In this document: one piece after another, positions 37,053-48,047 of the stretch
Layout: every line of letters starts with the position of its first letter
Numbering within the stretch: position 1 is the first letter of the stretch
IMG/VR virus record: IMGVR_UViG_3300007871_000062
Length of the DNA stretch: 64,000 bases
From: an uncultured virus (IMG/VR IMGVR_UViG_3300007871_000062)
Lineage: Duplodnaviria > Heunggongvirae > Uroviricota > Caudoviricetes
Direction: 5' to 3' (one strand)
Notes under the pieces: generated by a model
Databases searched by the model: none
Told to the model about the DNA's origin: nothing
What the model saw: the letters and a program-made list of their open reading frames with translations, nothing else
Made by a program: the position numbers and the translations under genes

Positions 37053-38509
37053 AATTCTGTTAACTCCGCTTCAAATTCAATGGCAATGGTCCAATGGTTA
37101 CGTCCACTTCGTACAATGGCATTCTGCGGATTATCTATAATTCCTTTCCAGCTTCTATTACGCCAATCTCTAAATCCTATTTCTTTTCCCGTAGTTAATG
37201 TCACAAAATCCAAGACGTCTTGCGCTTTTGCTTCTGTAAGAAGATCGACACCAATAGCTAAATGCTTGACTTTAGGCCATTGTGGATCGGCATAAATTTG
37301 TAAGGATAAACCGCGTGAATTACGATTAATACGTTGATAGTGTAATCTTTCGCGATCATCTGATTCAGGACCGCGTAATGTAATTGTATCAGTAGGACCG
37401 ACAACCGGATAATATAATTGAAAATCATCTTGAGCTGTTTCAACTGGTCCTGTTGCTGCTGGTGGTGTAGGTGCATCAGGATTAGACGAACCACCAATAA
37501 ATGGACTGTAAGTACAAAGACTAATTCCACTAATTACTTCATAACCTAAAGTCTCATAAATATTCATTGTCTCAGACACAGTCACATTTAGAATAATTTC
37601 AGCGATAGCACTATCATTAATAGTTATAATCTCATGCAATGGCAAACTTATTTCAGAGACTGCAGCATCTGTTATTGTAATACTTTCAGTGCATCCAAAT
37701 GTTCTAATGGCGGCATCTGTTACTGTAATATTCTCAGTACATGTTTCTTCATAATCACCAATTGCAACAATTAAATAAACATTAAAAGAATCATCTATTA
37801 CAATTGGTTCACGTACTGTTCTAGGGTGTTCTAACTCTATTTCAATACTATCTTGGATACTTGAATAATCGATATACGTTATTGTTATCAATTCCCCAGT
37901 TTCGGGATCATTAAACAATCGTGTCTTTGGTGTATAATCGTCTGGAGTAAAATGTTCAGTTACTGCATGTTGACTTGTTCCACTTGTCATGACTGTATCA
38001 TTAATATTTATATATTCTGTACAAACAACAGCAATTTCTACAACAACACTAACTGTATCACTTGGTGTTATTGATTCTGTAGCATTACGACTGATTACTG
38101 CGTCACCATCTAATTCACCATCAACAAAATCATTGACTCCGATAGCTTCATAAATGTTATGAATATTAAGAAGCAATGTGGCTGCGGATGAATCACTAAC
38201 AGAAATTAATTCATCAGCACTTACCGCAAACGTGAGTGGATTATACACTAAATCGCTAATTGTTATCGATTCGGATAAATAATATACAAAAAAACTACCT
38301 CTAACTAAATCATCGACTGTTATTGATTCACTAATACTTTTTGTAAATATATTACCATCGACACTATCATTGATTGTTATTGCTTCACTAATATCACAAT
38401 CAAAAACTTTTGAAGTTACTAATACTTCGATGTATTGTCGAGTCACACGGACATTGGCGTCACCGCCACGTACGACATCACCCCATTGATGTGTTACACG
38501 TATACTCAT
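37049..38509 (-). CDS. Minor tail protein with ExITIxD repeats and a distal-tail-like C-terminal domain
   Basis: Repeated ESITIxD; C-terminus resembles 36696..37052. Confidence 0.6.
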   Translation of the reverse strand: MSIRVTHQWGDVVRGGDANVRVTRQYIEVLVTSKVFDCDISEAITINDSVDGNIFTKSISESITVDDLVRGSFFVYYLSESITISDLVYNPLTFAVSADELISVSDSSAATLLLNIHNIYEAIGVNDFVDGELDGDAVISRNATESITPSDTVSVVVEIAVVCTEYININDTVMTSGTSQHAVTEHFTPDDYTPKTRLFNDPETGELITITYIDYSSIQDSIEIELEHPRTVREPIVIDDSFNVYLIVAIGDYEETCTENITVTDAAIRTFGCTESITITDAAVSEISLPLHEIITINDSAIAEIILNVTVSETMNIYETLGYEVISGISLCTYSPFIGGSSNPDAPTPPAATGPVETAQDDFQLYYPVVGPTDTITLRGPESDDRERLHYQRINRNSRGLSLQIYADPQWPKVKHLAIGVDLLTEAKAQDVLDFVTLTTGKEIGFRDWRNRSWKGIIDNPQNAIVRSGRNHWTIAIEFEAELTEL

Positions 38510-39492
38510 ACTGATCCCTCGAAACCAAACTGTGCCGCATTAATGTCATCTAAAGTCCAAGCAGAAGATGTTGCTGGATTTTCTTCCATAACCCGCGCAA
38601 GTATTTCGTACGTTTGACCCGCTATTGCATGTGGTGGTTCGTCATAAATTGTTGTGTCGATGCGAGCAAGTTGTTCGATATTAAAATCATTAGCGTCTGT
38701 TTCACGACAAACAATATTTGTTTGTACGGCATGGATAATTCCTAATGCACTAAGATCACTATAGGTGTACAAATCCTGATCACCATCACCGCCTGCATTA
38801 TAGGTTGTATCGTCATCAACACTGTTGCCATCATCAACTTCTTCATAATTAGTGCCAACTAGCGGAGTCCAATCAGTTACTGCTCCATTACCATCTGGAT
38901 CAATACGATCGATACGATAATCACCCAAGAAATCATCACCGATATAAATATCATCAAAAGCCATAAATTTATTTCCACCTCTGTACCATTTAAATTTGAA
39001 TGCTGTAATTTCAACATTTCCAGCATCGTGCGTATCAATTCCAGTACGATTGAAATACTCTTTACCATTTACTTTCAAAGTATACGATCCTAGTGTATCG
39101 TGAATCACACACTTAAATTCAACAAAAGTCCAAGTATCATCTTTACCACGTAAATCAGTTGTTTTTACAGTATCTTCAGGTGTTACAATAGCTATTTCTC
39201 CATCACCTGCTAATTGCAAACTAATTTGAGTACCAGCAACATTATTTATATCTAAAAACTTTTCATTTGCTGTATAATGAAGCCAATGTAACGTTTTGAA
39301 TGCAAAACAAACAGTGTAACTCGCATTTGCTGAAACAGGTATACTGCAATAATCTTCAGATATTGATAATGAAATACCAACAAAACGACCAGTGTCAGCA
39401 CTAGGATTAGGAGTAATAGTATACCCTCGTCGCGGCAAATAAACATCCATTTCTGCCACATCACTAGCACCATGGAAACCTTCAAAATACAT
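38506..39492 (-). CDS. Beta-sandwich (lectin-like) virion protein, paralogue 2
   Basis: FEGF..., WTFVEFK, FDDIYI..FLG; similar to 39492..40502. Confidence 0.6.
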   Translation of the reverse strand: MYFEGFHGASDVAEMDVYLPRRGYTITPNPSADTGRFVGISLSISEDYCSIPVSANASYTVCFAFKTLHWLHYTANEKFLDINNVAGTQISLQLAGDGEIAIVTPEDTVKTTDLRGKDDTWTFVEFKCVIHDTLGSYTLKVNGKEYFNRTGIDTHDAGNVEITAFKFKWYRGGNKFMAFDDIYIGDDFLGDYRIDRIDPDGNGAVTDWTPLVGTNYEEVDDGNSVDDDTTYNAGGDGDQDLYTYSDLSALGIIHAVQTNIVCRETDANDFNIEQLARIDTTIYDEPPHAIAGQTYEILARVMEENPATSSAWTLDDINAAQFGFEGSV

Positions 39493-40502
39493 TATACTAC
39501 CTCCAGACCGAATTCTGAATTATTAATATCAGTACTCGTTAAGGGCAAAGATGTTTGAAAATTAATAGGTATAATTTCATATTCGGTAGAAAAATCGGCA
39601 TTGATATATCGTGCAGTGCCATCAGTAGTTGTTATGTCAAATTTCATTTTACTTTTTACAGCCAAACTTTCAGCGTCAGTAGTTCGCACTGTAGTATTAA
39701 TTTGAAGACCATAGACTGTTTCATAATCATCAATACTATCGTAAGAATAATAATCTATATCACCACTAACACCATCATTAAAAGTAGTTTCACCATCGAC
39801 ATCTTGTTCATCAATCATTTCATAATTACTATCTGATTTCGGTGTAAAATCATTAATAGATCCATTACTAGCAGGAAATAAACCGATAACTTGACAAGGA
39901 CCAAGAAAATCATTATGTTTGTCATCGGTACTATCACAAATATAGACATCGTCCAACCAATGAATTCTAGTTAATTCTTCAAGAAAAAATAGAAAACAAG
40001 ATGAGCCATCAGCATTTGCTCGAGTATCAATACCACTCTCATTTAATTTAGTTTCATCATTGATTTTGAAATCAAATGAACCTGATTCGGCAATAACAAT
40101 CTTACATTCAATGTAATACCATGTATCAGCGACACCACTATTATCAACTGTCGTATACGTACCTTCCGGTACAACAACTTGCCATTCATCCGGTGTAACT
40201 ATTTGAATTTTTAGATGTTCATTACCAGCAACATCTGTCAATCTTACAATGTCATCCGTGACACCCCAATTATTAGCTTTGAAACCAAAACCAAAAATAA
40301 TTGTATTATCACTTGTGCCATAGTGCAACGCCAAACCATTAGTCGATATACTTTTAACACTAACACCGGATATGCGACCCGCATCACTTTTAATTCCACC
40401 ATAAGTATAATGCCCTTTACTTCTGAGCATTGTGACCATAGACGTAGACGCTCCCCCAGCTTGGGAAGTTGCGCCTTCAAAGCCTTCAATGAGAAGTAAC
40501 AT
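39492..40502 (-). CDS. Beta-sandwich (lectin-like) virion protein, paralogue 1
   Basis: IEGFE, WYYIECK, LDDVYI..FLG. Confidence 0.6.
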   Translation of the reverse strand: MLLLIEGFEGATSQAGGASTSMVTMLRSKGHYTYGGIKSDAGRISGVSVKSISTNGLALHYGTSDNTIIFGFGFKANNWGVTDDIVRLTDVAGNEHLKIQIVTPDEWQVVVPEGTYTTVDNSGVADTWYYIECKIVIAESGSFDFKINDETKLNESGIDTRANADGSSCFLFFLEELTRIHWLDDVYICDSTDDKHNDFLGPCQVIGLFPASNGSINDFTPKSDSNYEMIDEQDVDGETTFNDGVSGDIDYYSYDSIDDYETVYGLQINTTVRTTDAESLAVKSKMKFDITTTDGTARYINADFSTEYEIIPINFQTSLPLTSTDINNSEFGLEVV

Positions 40503-41104
40503 TATGTGGTTACGGTGTAAGTTACCTTGAACGTGTCGCTGGCAGCTACTGTAACATCACCACCCGTTAAAAGAGAAGCAGAAAATAGTTTGTGTGCCGC
40601 GCCGGCTGTATGGTCACCCTTAGTTTGAGCACTAGCACCAGCACAAATAAACGCACCTTTAACTGTACCACCAGCGCCAGTAATATCAAATTGCGTTTGA
40701 GTATTGCTAGTAACTTCCTTAGCTGAAGCTGCAGTAGTATCCCAAGTACCACGATTAACCGTACTGGCAGCGACTTCATAATTCTTATATTCATCCCAAT
40801 CATTACCAGCTTGATCAATATCATCATAAAGGTCGTCCTCATGAACACCCGTACCGCCATAACCAATAAGATCGATAAGTCCCATATACCAAACCGTAAG
40901 ATTAGTACCGTCATTGAACGTCGTGTCAAGCATCCAGTTCTTACCCTCTACGGTAACAACATTCGGAGCGACCTGACGATCTAAAAGAACACCTCTACGC
41001 CAGTGCTCAAAATAAAAATATCCTTTGGGATCAAGCAGATCTGCTATATTACGACGACGCGCAAGTTGAACGCTAACATTATCCCGTGTATTGACTCTTT
41101 CCAT
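40502..41104 (-). CDS. Tail-associated protein
   Basis: PNVVT.EG..W..GL...TV.GAF...LFS..VTYT pattern; follows the tape measure gene. Confidence 0.6.
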   Translation of the reverse strand: MERVNTRDNVSVQLARRRNIADLLDPKGYFYFEHWRRGVLLDRQVAPNVVTVEGKNWMLDTTFNDGTNLTVWYMGLIDLIGYGGTGVHEDDLYDDIDQAGNDWDEYKNYEVAASTVNRGTWDTTAASAKEVTSNTQTQFDITGAGGTVKGAFICAGASAQTKGDHTAGAAHKLFSASLLTGGDVTVAASDTFKVTYTVTT

Positions 41105-41113
41105 TAGTGACTC

Positions 41114-44100
41114 CTAAAGTCTTGATGTACCTCTTCTCATCTCTCGACGAAAAGCTTGCATGGTTTCTCTTGCTGTTTGTTGCGCTGAAATGGACTCATT
41201 AACAGTGATATTAACATCACCCACATTTGTAACAGAACCGCCATTTTGACGATATTGTGGTTTTACTCCAGCATTCATAGCCACGAGTTGTGAATAAAAT
41301 TGTCTAGTTGCGCCAGCATTCATAACAAATTCACCTGGCGTTAGCATCGCTGGAACAGTGTCTGTTCCCTGTGGTATCCAACCACCATCTGCGCGATAAA
41401 GCATACCACCAAATCTTTTATCCACTTCATCCATCGGCGTTATGGTCATTCTTGATTCTGTATTGAGTGCTTTTACTCTTTTTATTGTTGAATCAATCTC
41501 CCTGCGTGCATTTGCCATATTGTCGGCTATACTTGTAGCTCCTTCTGTTGCAGCGGCCGCTAATTTCGCACCGATTAATTCATTTATTTCTACTATCTTA
41601 CTGTTCAAAGCGGCAAGTTCTTCTCGCGATAATATTGCGTCAGTACCGCGAGTCATTTCTTGTTTTGCTTCTGCTACCGCATTCAAATTATCTATTAACG
41701 CTTCTACACCTTGTTTGATTTCTATGCTATTTGTTTCTGCCGCTAAATCAACAAGAGATTTTTTAATAACATTGAAGGCATCAATATCTAATTCTTCAGC
41801 GGTCAATAATTTAGTAGCTTCAGCCATATAATCCATTGCTTCACCCGCAGCATCACCAGCTCTTTCTATATCGTATGTCATAGCACTCATCGTATTAGTA
41901 CCAAATAATCTATCCATTTTAACATGTAATATGTCCAGGCCACTAACTTTTGTTATATCAAGGTACGCATCTTTAAGTGCAATAAGGAGATCTGTATTTT
42001 TATTTATACCATCAGAGACTTCTCTTATTGCCTTAGCTTCTGCCTTACTAGCTTTTAACGCATCCTCTTTTATTTTTCCTAATTTAACAAGAGCAGCTTG
42101 CTGTTCCTCAATAGTTTTTGTACCGGGCAATAATTCAGCAAGTTTTATGTCTATAGCTGTTTTGGGTGTTGTAATTTCAACAGCACGTTCACTTATGGCA
42201 CTAAGAGAATCGCTAATTACTTTTTCCATTGTTTCACGTTCACCAGTTATTAAATTACGCATGTCTACCGCTTCGGGCAACTTAAAACTGATTTTGACAT
42301 CACTAAAAATTGTCTCCATTTCTCCAACAAGTCCAGCAATATCAGCCAAAACTTCTTCACGTTTAACGGGATCAAATCTAACATCCTCAAACTTCTTTAT
42401 TGAGTTTTCTATTTCACTATTAAGGAATTTTAATTCCTGTCGCTGTAAGAAAATTTGCTCTGCAACACTTTCAATTTGTTTTTTCTCATCAGCAATAACC
42501 ACCTTTTTCTTTTTAAGAGTTGCAATCTCACTCAAATACGTAGCACGAATTTCTTGCTCGGCTTTAACAATTGCTTTTTTATTTTCACTTTCATCCGCAG
42601 ATTGTAATGCTATATTTGCTGCAGCTTGCGCACGTTTATTATAAAGTGTGGCAAGTTCTGTTTCACGTTTTCGTGTAGCCTCTGTAGCTTTGAACCGAAA
42701 TTCAGAAGCACGTCTTATATTAGCAAATGCTTTTTGTATAGGATCCAAACCACGAGTTTCACGCTCAAAATTAAAATCACTAATGTCAAATTGTACTTGT
42801 CTAATAGTCTTATTCAAGTCGTTAATAACAGTACTCGCAGCAATAGCTTTTTTCTCTAAGTTAGAGAAAAACGTATTAGTCTCACTGATTTTACTACCTA
42901 ATTGATCAACGATGCCGGTAAAAATAAGATCCTCAAGTCTTACTAAATCTTTACTAGCCATTTCAAATGCTTTTTGTCGACTGAAAAGATATTTTTGTAT
43001 ATTGGCAAGCATCTCATCATCAGATTTTTTTTGCGCATCAGCCGCCAATTGTATATTTTTAAGTCGTGTTTTCAGTGCTAGATTACTTTGCTCTTCAAAT
43101 ACTTTTTGTGCATTTATAGCTTCTATTTTTCCTTTATTGAAATAATTATATAATGCCATACCAGCGAGTGTAACAGCACCTGCAATTATTACACCTGGAA
43201 AAGTTATTCCACTCAATGTTAATACTGCTCCTATAGCTTCAGCTTTTAGGGCTATAAAAGCGACACTAACAGCAGCAACAGAAGCACCCAAGACTTTCAA
43301 AGTTTCTACACCACCACCAAATGTATCAAACACACTTTTAATTGCCTTATTTATATCTCGACCCCAATCAATTAATACATAATTCTTAACTCTATTTAAT
43401 TCAATTTCGACTTGTTTAGCGTTAGTCTCAAAAATAATATCACGTTTCTCAAATAATTCTTTAGCACCTGCCTTGCTAATCTTCTCTAAATTTTCAGCAT
43501 ATTGTTCAGCACTTTCATTTGCTAGACCTAACACACCTCGAATAGCACGTACTCTACCCCACATTTTGCCTAATGCGGTAGCTGAAGATCCAGCCTTTTC
43601 CGATAATTTATCCAGGAATCCTTGAAAACCGTAAGCCTGAATACCAGCTTCAGCTCCAGCGATACCCAATTCTTTATATTGTTTTTTCAGTTCTTCAGTC
43701 GGTCTAATTAATTTTAACATGATATTAAGCATCAATGTGCTTGCTTCATTATATTTCAAACCACTCACTGTTAGTGTTGCTACAGCAGCACCAACTTCAT
43801 CAAGAGCAATACCTAATTGTGCAGCAAGTACGGTAATTCGACCAAAAGAATTAGCAAATTCTTCACCTCTCAAGCGACCAAGTTCAATAATCTCAGCTAA
43901 TTTTCCACCGACTATAGCAGCATCTTCTACTTCCATATTATATGAATTTATTACTGACGACAACAGTGCAACAGAAGCTGACGTCTCCGTCACTGATGCA
44001 GTAGCAAATTTTTGTGCAGCTGCCATAAATTCCATAGAATGTGCAGCATCGGTAACTTGATTAGAAAGTGCTTGATAAACACCCTCCGCTACAGTTTCAA

Positions 44101-44629
44101 TTGGAGCACCAACTAAATCAGAAAACTCACGAACCTGATCTGATAACCCTTCAAAATCATCACGAAATCCTCGCCCAATCGTTTGAATTTCTGCAAGCGA
44201 GATTTCATAATCACGCGCCGCGGCTACTCCCTCTGATAACGCAGATGTTACTCTTGTTATTGCTTGGTGCATAACTTGGATAGCAAAAATTCGAATAACG
44301 CTTTGCCAACTTAATAGAACTTTTTTTGCCGCTTTTTCTTGTTTTTTCGCCCCGCTCTCGACACTTTTTGTGGTTTTACGAACAACTTGGGCGACTTTTT
44401 TATGTTCATCGCTAGTTTTTGCAGTAGTTTTATTCGTAACTTGTGCTGCAGCATTAATATTTGCAAGTGTACGTTTAACTTGACCACCTTGAATGTTAAA
44501 AACACGCGTCGCATTTGCAGCCTTACGCATAGCTGAAGTATAACTTAGAAGCGACGCATCTAAATCTTTCAGCGTTCGAATAGCTTGAGCAGCTTCAAAC
44601 CCTAATACTGTGCTTAGTTGTTCTGCCAT
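41114..44629 (-). CDS. Tape measure protein
   Basis: 1171 aa, Ala-rich helical; GTDTVPAMLTPGEFV near C-terminus. Confidence 0.9.
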   Translation of the reverse strand: MAEQLSTVLGFEAAQAIRTLKDLDASLLSYTSAMRKAANATRVFNIQGGQVKRTLANINAAAQVTNKTTAKTSDEHKKVAQVVRKTTKSVESGAKKQEKAAKKVLLSWQSVIRIFAIQVMHQAITRVTSALSEGVAAARDYEISLAEIQTIGRGFRDDFEGLSDQVREFSDLVGAPIETVAEGVYQALSNQVTDAAHSMEFMAAAQKFATASVTETSASVALLSSVINSYNMEVEDAAIVGGKLAEIIELGRLRGEEFANSFGRITVLAAQLGIALDEVGAAVATLTVSGLKYNEASTLMLNIMLKLIRPTEELKKQYKELGIAGAEAGIQAYGFQGFLDKLSEKAGSSATALGKMWGRVRAIRGVLGLANESAEQYAENLEKISKAGAKELFEKRDIIFETNAKQVEIELNRVKNYVLIDWGRDINKAIKSVFDTFGGGVETLKVLGASVAAVSVAFIALKAEAIGAVLTLSGITFPGVIIAGAVTLAGMALYNYFNKGKIEAINAQKVFEEQSNLALKTRLKNIQLAADAQKKSDDEMLANIQKYLFSRQKAFEMASKDLVRLEDLIFTGIVDQLGSKISETNTFFSNLEKKAIAASTVINDLNKTIRQVQFDISDFNFERETRGLDPIQKAFANIRRASEFRFKATEATRKRETELATLYNKRAQAAANIALQSADESENKKAIVKAEQEIRATYLSEIATLKKKKVVIADEKKQIESVAEQIFLQRQELKFLNSEIENSIKKFEDVRFDPVKREEVLADIAGLVGEMETIFSDVKISFKLPEAVDMRNLITGERETMEKVISDSLSAISERAVEITTPKTAIDIKLAELLPGTKTIEEQQAALVKLGKIKEDALKASKAEAKAIREVSDGINKNTDLLIALKDAYLDITKVSGLDILHVKMDRLFGTNTMSAMTYDIERAGDAAGEAMDYMAEATKLLTAEELDIDAFNVIKKSLVDLAAETNSIEIKQGVEALIDNLNAVAEAKQEMTRGTDAILSREELAALNSKIVEINELIGAKLAAAATEGATSIADNMANARREIDSTIKRVKALNTESRMTITPMDEVDKRFGGMLYRADGGWIPQGTDTVPAMLTPGEFVMNAGATRQFYSQLVAMNAGVKPQYRQNGGSVTNVGDVNITVNESISAQQTARETMQAFRREMRRGTSRL

Positions 44630-45087
44630 TAGATTTTAATCTTCACGGGTTTGAATACTGGAGATGGTAACGTTACAGTCTGTGCCGCTACACGATACAT
44701 TGATGCACCAGCGGCAAAAGATCGCCAGGGTGCAGATTTACTGACATCAACATTTTCGTATTCCTGTAAAACATAGTGTGGTACACGTGAACTAATTTCA
44801 ATTGTAAAATTAGTAGGGCCATAGATTGATTTTACCATCCCCATAGGTTGTCCTAAATGTGTGCGACTCTTAACAACAGGCATAATATCAATATGGCCAC
44901 CAACTTCTTCAGCCACATTTAACAATGAACCACGTGCCATTCCTGACCAAACGGGAACTCGACCCGTCACAGCATGTAACCAAGTTTTTGTTACACGTTG
45001 TAACTCGCTTTTCAAATGAGCCTCTAAGCGTCTTTGAAAAGCACTAAGATCGAGTTTTGCTCCCGTGAAATGGCCGGTAAATTTCAT
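44629..45087 (-). CDS. HK97 gp10-like tail completion protein
   Basis: RVPVWSGMARGS (PVxTGxxR-type motif). Confidence 0.6.
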   Translation of the reverse strand: MKFTGHFTGAKLDLSAFQRRLEAHLKSELQRVTKTWLHAVTGRVPVWSGMARGSLLNVAEEVGGHIDIMPVVKSRTHLGQPMGMVKSIYGPTNFTIEISSRVPHYVLQEYENVDVSKSAPWRSFAAGASMYRVAAQTVTLPSPVFKPVKIKI

Positions 45088-45299
45088 ACTTGCAATGTTA
45101 CTTTCGGGTCTTCCAGTGTACGCACTTGATCAAATCCTATTAAATCACTTTGTACATCGATATTACAATCATCCCAAGCCTCTTTAACCCCAGGTGGTCT
45201 TACTCTGGAACGTTCACAGGCTCGCCAGATGGCATAATACTCAGTACGACCGGCGGGGAGGTAAATTCTTCTTGTTGTGCCTCCCGCTGAAGTAAAAAA
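45084..45299 (-). CDS. -1 frameshift extension of the tail assembly chaperone (gpGT-like)
   Basis: Slippery T TTT TTA at 45293-45299; -1 frame open for 71 codons to a TGA overlapping the next ATG. Confidence 0.85.
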   Translation of the reverse strand, partial: FFTSAGGTTRRIYLPAGRTEYYAIWRACERSRVRPPGVKEAWDDCNIDVQSDLIGFDQVRTLEDPKVTLQV

Positions 45300-45739
45300 C
45301 GTTCACGCGCGGCTTGAACCTTCGCCTCCGAAAGTGCATTAACCGCAATAGCACCACCAATAATGCGATTAATTTCGACCTCATTAAAGCCAGAGTCTTT
45401 CAATTCTTCGCGTAGAAGTAGCCATGTAGATGAATCTGAAAGATCCACCTTCTCCCATTCTAAATTTTCAGTAGCTTCGAGTGATTTCAAAATTGTCCAA
45501 GCGACACGTTGTTCGGCATAATGATCCAACGCCTTTACAAAAGCTGGATCACTCATATTCGGAACATCTGTACCACCTTTTATTTTTCTCATCGGCGGTT
45601 TTGGTGCTGGACACATTTTTTCAAACACATCCATATCAAGAACAGCCTCAACATTAAGAATAATGTCTTCGCCGTTACCGCGAGGAATTACAATAACATC
45701 TCGATTCGGCCCTTCGATCCTTTGACCGTTAAGTTTCAT
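45200..45739 (-). CDS. Tail assembly chaperone (gpG-like)
   Basis: Follows the tail tube gene; contains the slippery site. Confidence 0.8.
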   Translation of the reverse strand: MKLNGQRIEGPNRDVIVIPRGNGEDIILNVEAVLDMDVFEKMCPAPKPPMRKIKGGTDVPNMSDPAFVKALDHYAEQRVAWTILKSLEATENLEWEKVDLSDSSTWLLLREELKDSGFNEVEINRIIGGAIAVNALSEAKVQAARERFLLQREAQQEEFTSPPVVLSIMPSGEPVNVPE

Positions 45740-46812
45740 TACGTGTACCTATGGATTTCTGGTTCTAAGATGTTGCACTTACCGGAAGCTGAAACTTGCG
45801 AATCATTGATATTATGATCAAGTGCTTCAACACGAAAATCTGCAAAAACAAACTTTTCTTTTGCATTAGTGGTCGAGCAAGCAGGAACATTCCATATTTC
45901 AATAATAACACTCTTCGGTTCACATTCATCATCCGCACTACTTACCCAATCAGCTGCCGGTCCAGTTCCTTTCAGAGCTTCCTCGATAGTAGGTACAGCG
46001 GCACCACAAACAGAACTAATATAGTCCCACTCAAAATCAAAAGACAATTCAAGCGGCTCTTGATCTGCATTTCTCACAGTATTCAAGAGTCCACGATTCT
46101 TTCGGTATTCACGATTATACGTCTCTTTGTAATTCGCATTACCTTCACCAATTACAATCTCGATCTTTCGGCCTTTGAAATGTACCAAGCCACCAGCAGT
46201 CGTAGCTGTCAATACACCCGGAGTAATAACCAGATCCGTGGTTGCTGTCGGTGCGACACCGGGCGTGTCAATAGTCAAAACTGCATCTTGATTATCAGTA
46301 TAATCCTGAAGCGTGAGATCGTCAGTAATCGTAAGAGGTTGATCACCAAGAGTACCTGAGAACGTGATAATCCAATCAGGCGGCGGCGTACCAGCAGCTG
46401 CGACTGTTCCTTCGCCTACCGGAACATTACAAAGTGCCTCAAGAGCCAACTCAACAGTAGCAGCGGCCGCATCATACGCAATTGGTTCAGTGACTTCGCC
46501 GCGAAACGTGAGCGTAAATGTTCCAGCAGTAGCCGTGCCAGGATCCGCATGAAAAATAGTGTCAGTGCCACCAGTTCGAGTCGCACTAGCAACAGTATAC
46601 TCTTCATCGGGTTCATTGCCGAAAGTAACGCAAGCACCATCAGGAACATTCAAACCACAATCTGACAAAGCGATAGCTGTAGTACCAATTGCTTCAATAT
46701 CTGTAGTAGTAGGCGTTTGATCACCATTATCAAAACCATCTCGAATATACATAAATGTTTCTTTCAAATCAATTGGGGCAAACGCAACGAATTGCGGTTT
46801 TGCTTTTAGCAT
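45739..46812 (-). CDS. Major tail tube protein with inserted domain
   Basis: Synteny; GTFTLTF.G..T.PIAYDA insert. Confidence 0.75.
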   Translation of the reverse strand: MLKAKPQFVAFAPIDLKETFMYIRDGFDNGDQTPTTTDIEAIGTTAIALSDCGLNVPDGACVTFGNEPDEEYTVASATRTGGTDTIFHADPGTATAGTFTLTFRGEVTEPIAYDAAAATVELALEALCNVPVGEGTVAAAGTPPPDWIITFSGTLGDQPLTITDDLTLQDYTDNQDAVLTIDTPGVAPTATTDLVITPGVLTATTAGGLVHFKGRKIEIVIGEGNANYKETYNREYRKNRGLLNTVRNADQEPLELSFDFEWDYISSVCGAAVPTIEEALKGTGPAADWVSSADDECEPKSVIIEIWNVPACSTTNAKEKFVFADFRVEALDHNINDSQVSASGKCNILEPEIHRYT

Positions 46813-46821
46813 TGTTGACTC

Positions 46822-47277
46822 CTACGTGGTTAGATGCATCTTGTATGTTCCTTCTACCGTACCTTGTACAATATCAGTATCCGGACGAATTTTACCAAAT
46901 TGATTAGTACGAACAGAATTATTTTTATCCATCACAACTTGTAATACACCGAGGAAAGTATCCCCGTCCCCATAACGGTAAACACAGATACTTTGTAATG
47001 TTTGTGCTATTAACCCGGCCAATATTTGTGGACCATACATCGTCGTTTTACTCATATGACATGTGAATAGTACATTGATTTCAAAATCAAGCTTAAAATA
47101 ACCTTTACTTAATTCTCGAATATGTGGACCGTCAGTTCGTAACTCAATGTACTCAGAGTAATTTTGTGTTTTACGCTCCTGTCCCTCAATAAATAAGTGT
47201 ACGCCATTGTCATCCGCCATTGTCTGAAAAACTTTGAGAACAGATATTTGAATCCAGCGTGACCAATTTTCATTCAT
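46822..47277 (-). CDS. Tail terminator-like protein
   Basis: Synteny and size. Confidence 0.55.
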   Translation of the reverse strand: MNENWSRWIQISVLKVFQTMADDNGVHLFIEGQERKTQNYSEYIELRTDGPHIRELSKGYFKLDFEINVLFTCHMSKTTMYGPQILAGLIAQTLQSICVYRYGDGDTFLGVLQVVMDKNNSVRTNQFGKIRPDTDIVQGTVEGTYKMHLTT

Positions 47278-47768
47278 GTTTTCACCGCGGCTGTTGAATC
47301 AGTGGCAATTATAGTTTCTTCAATAGTTTGATTCGATGGATCTTCTAACACTTGACCAACAACGTGACGCATTTTAACACCAAAAATTGTCTCTTCAATA
47401 AAATCTTGTATTTCAACAACTATGTATTCTTCATTATTGTAGATTACTCTGTCATCAATGGCTATTTCGTCAATATCACGTACATCCAAAAAGATTACAC
47501 GATCAGTCGGATCAAAAAAGCTACCAGTCATAAAATTCTTGTTCGAGGCGACATAAGTTAAATCATACACAAATGACCGAAAATTACGTGCCGGTAGAAA
47601 AATAGCTCGTTTTATACTATGATAACTAAAAGTTGGTCGTTTCGTGCCGTTTATTAAATCTACATCAACGCTTAATGTTTTTACAATCAATATTTGAAAG
47701 CCGTAATCACGTTTAAGATCATAGACAAGCTGTCGTAGGAACCGTGCGTTTTTACGGCGTTCACGCAT
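47274..47768 (-). CDS. Head closure / head-tail joining protein (start revised)
   Basis: TAATG overlap; DDRVIYNNEEYIVVEI. Confidence 0.55.
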   Translation of the reverse strand: MRERRKNARFLRQLVYDLKRDYGFQILIVKTLSVDVDLINGTKRPTFSYHSIKRAIFLPARNFRSFVYDLTYVASNKNFMTGSFFDPTDRVIFLDVRDIDEIAIDDRVIYNNEEYIVVEIQDFIEETIFGVKMRHVVGQVLEDPSNQTIEETIIATDSTAAVKT

Positions 47769-48004
47769 TAGAGAAGATACCTTACAAGAATAGCACCAAC
47801 AACAGTGGCCGTGATAGTAGCACCACCACCAATAATTGTCCAAAGAATACGATTATGTGCTTTCTTTGATTGCTCTAAACGATCAACACGTAAAAAGAGA
47901 CCAGGCTTATCAACATCACTAGGATCACCACTCAAGGCTGCTACAATACTATCAAGTTGTCTTTTGATGTAATCCAATTGCAATAGAATTTTTTCTTCAT
48001 TCAT
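47768..48004 (-). CDS. Small coiled-coil plus TM protein
   Basis: GLFLRVDRLE followed by hydrophobic C-terminus. Confidence 0.6.
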   Translation of the reverse strand: MNEEKILLQLDYIKRQLDSIVAALSGDPSDVDKPGLFLRVDRLEQSKKAHNRILWTIIGGGATITATVVGAILVRYLL

Positions 48005-48015
48005 GTTACTCTCCA

Positions 48016-48041
48016 GAAAAAGAAGCGGCTTCCGTGCCGCT
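48016..48041 (-). terminator. Intrinsic terminator after the capsid gene
   Basis: AGCGGC/GCCGCT stem, then TCTTTTTC on minus strand. Confidence 0.75.
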
Positions 48042-48047
48042 ATGTGG

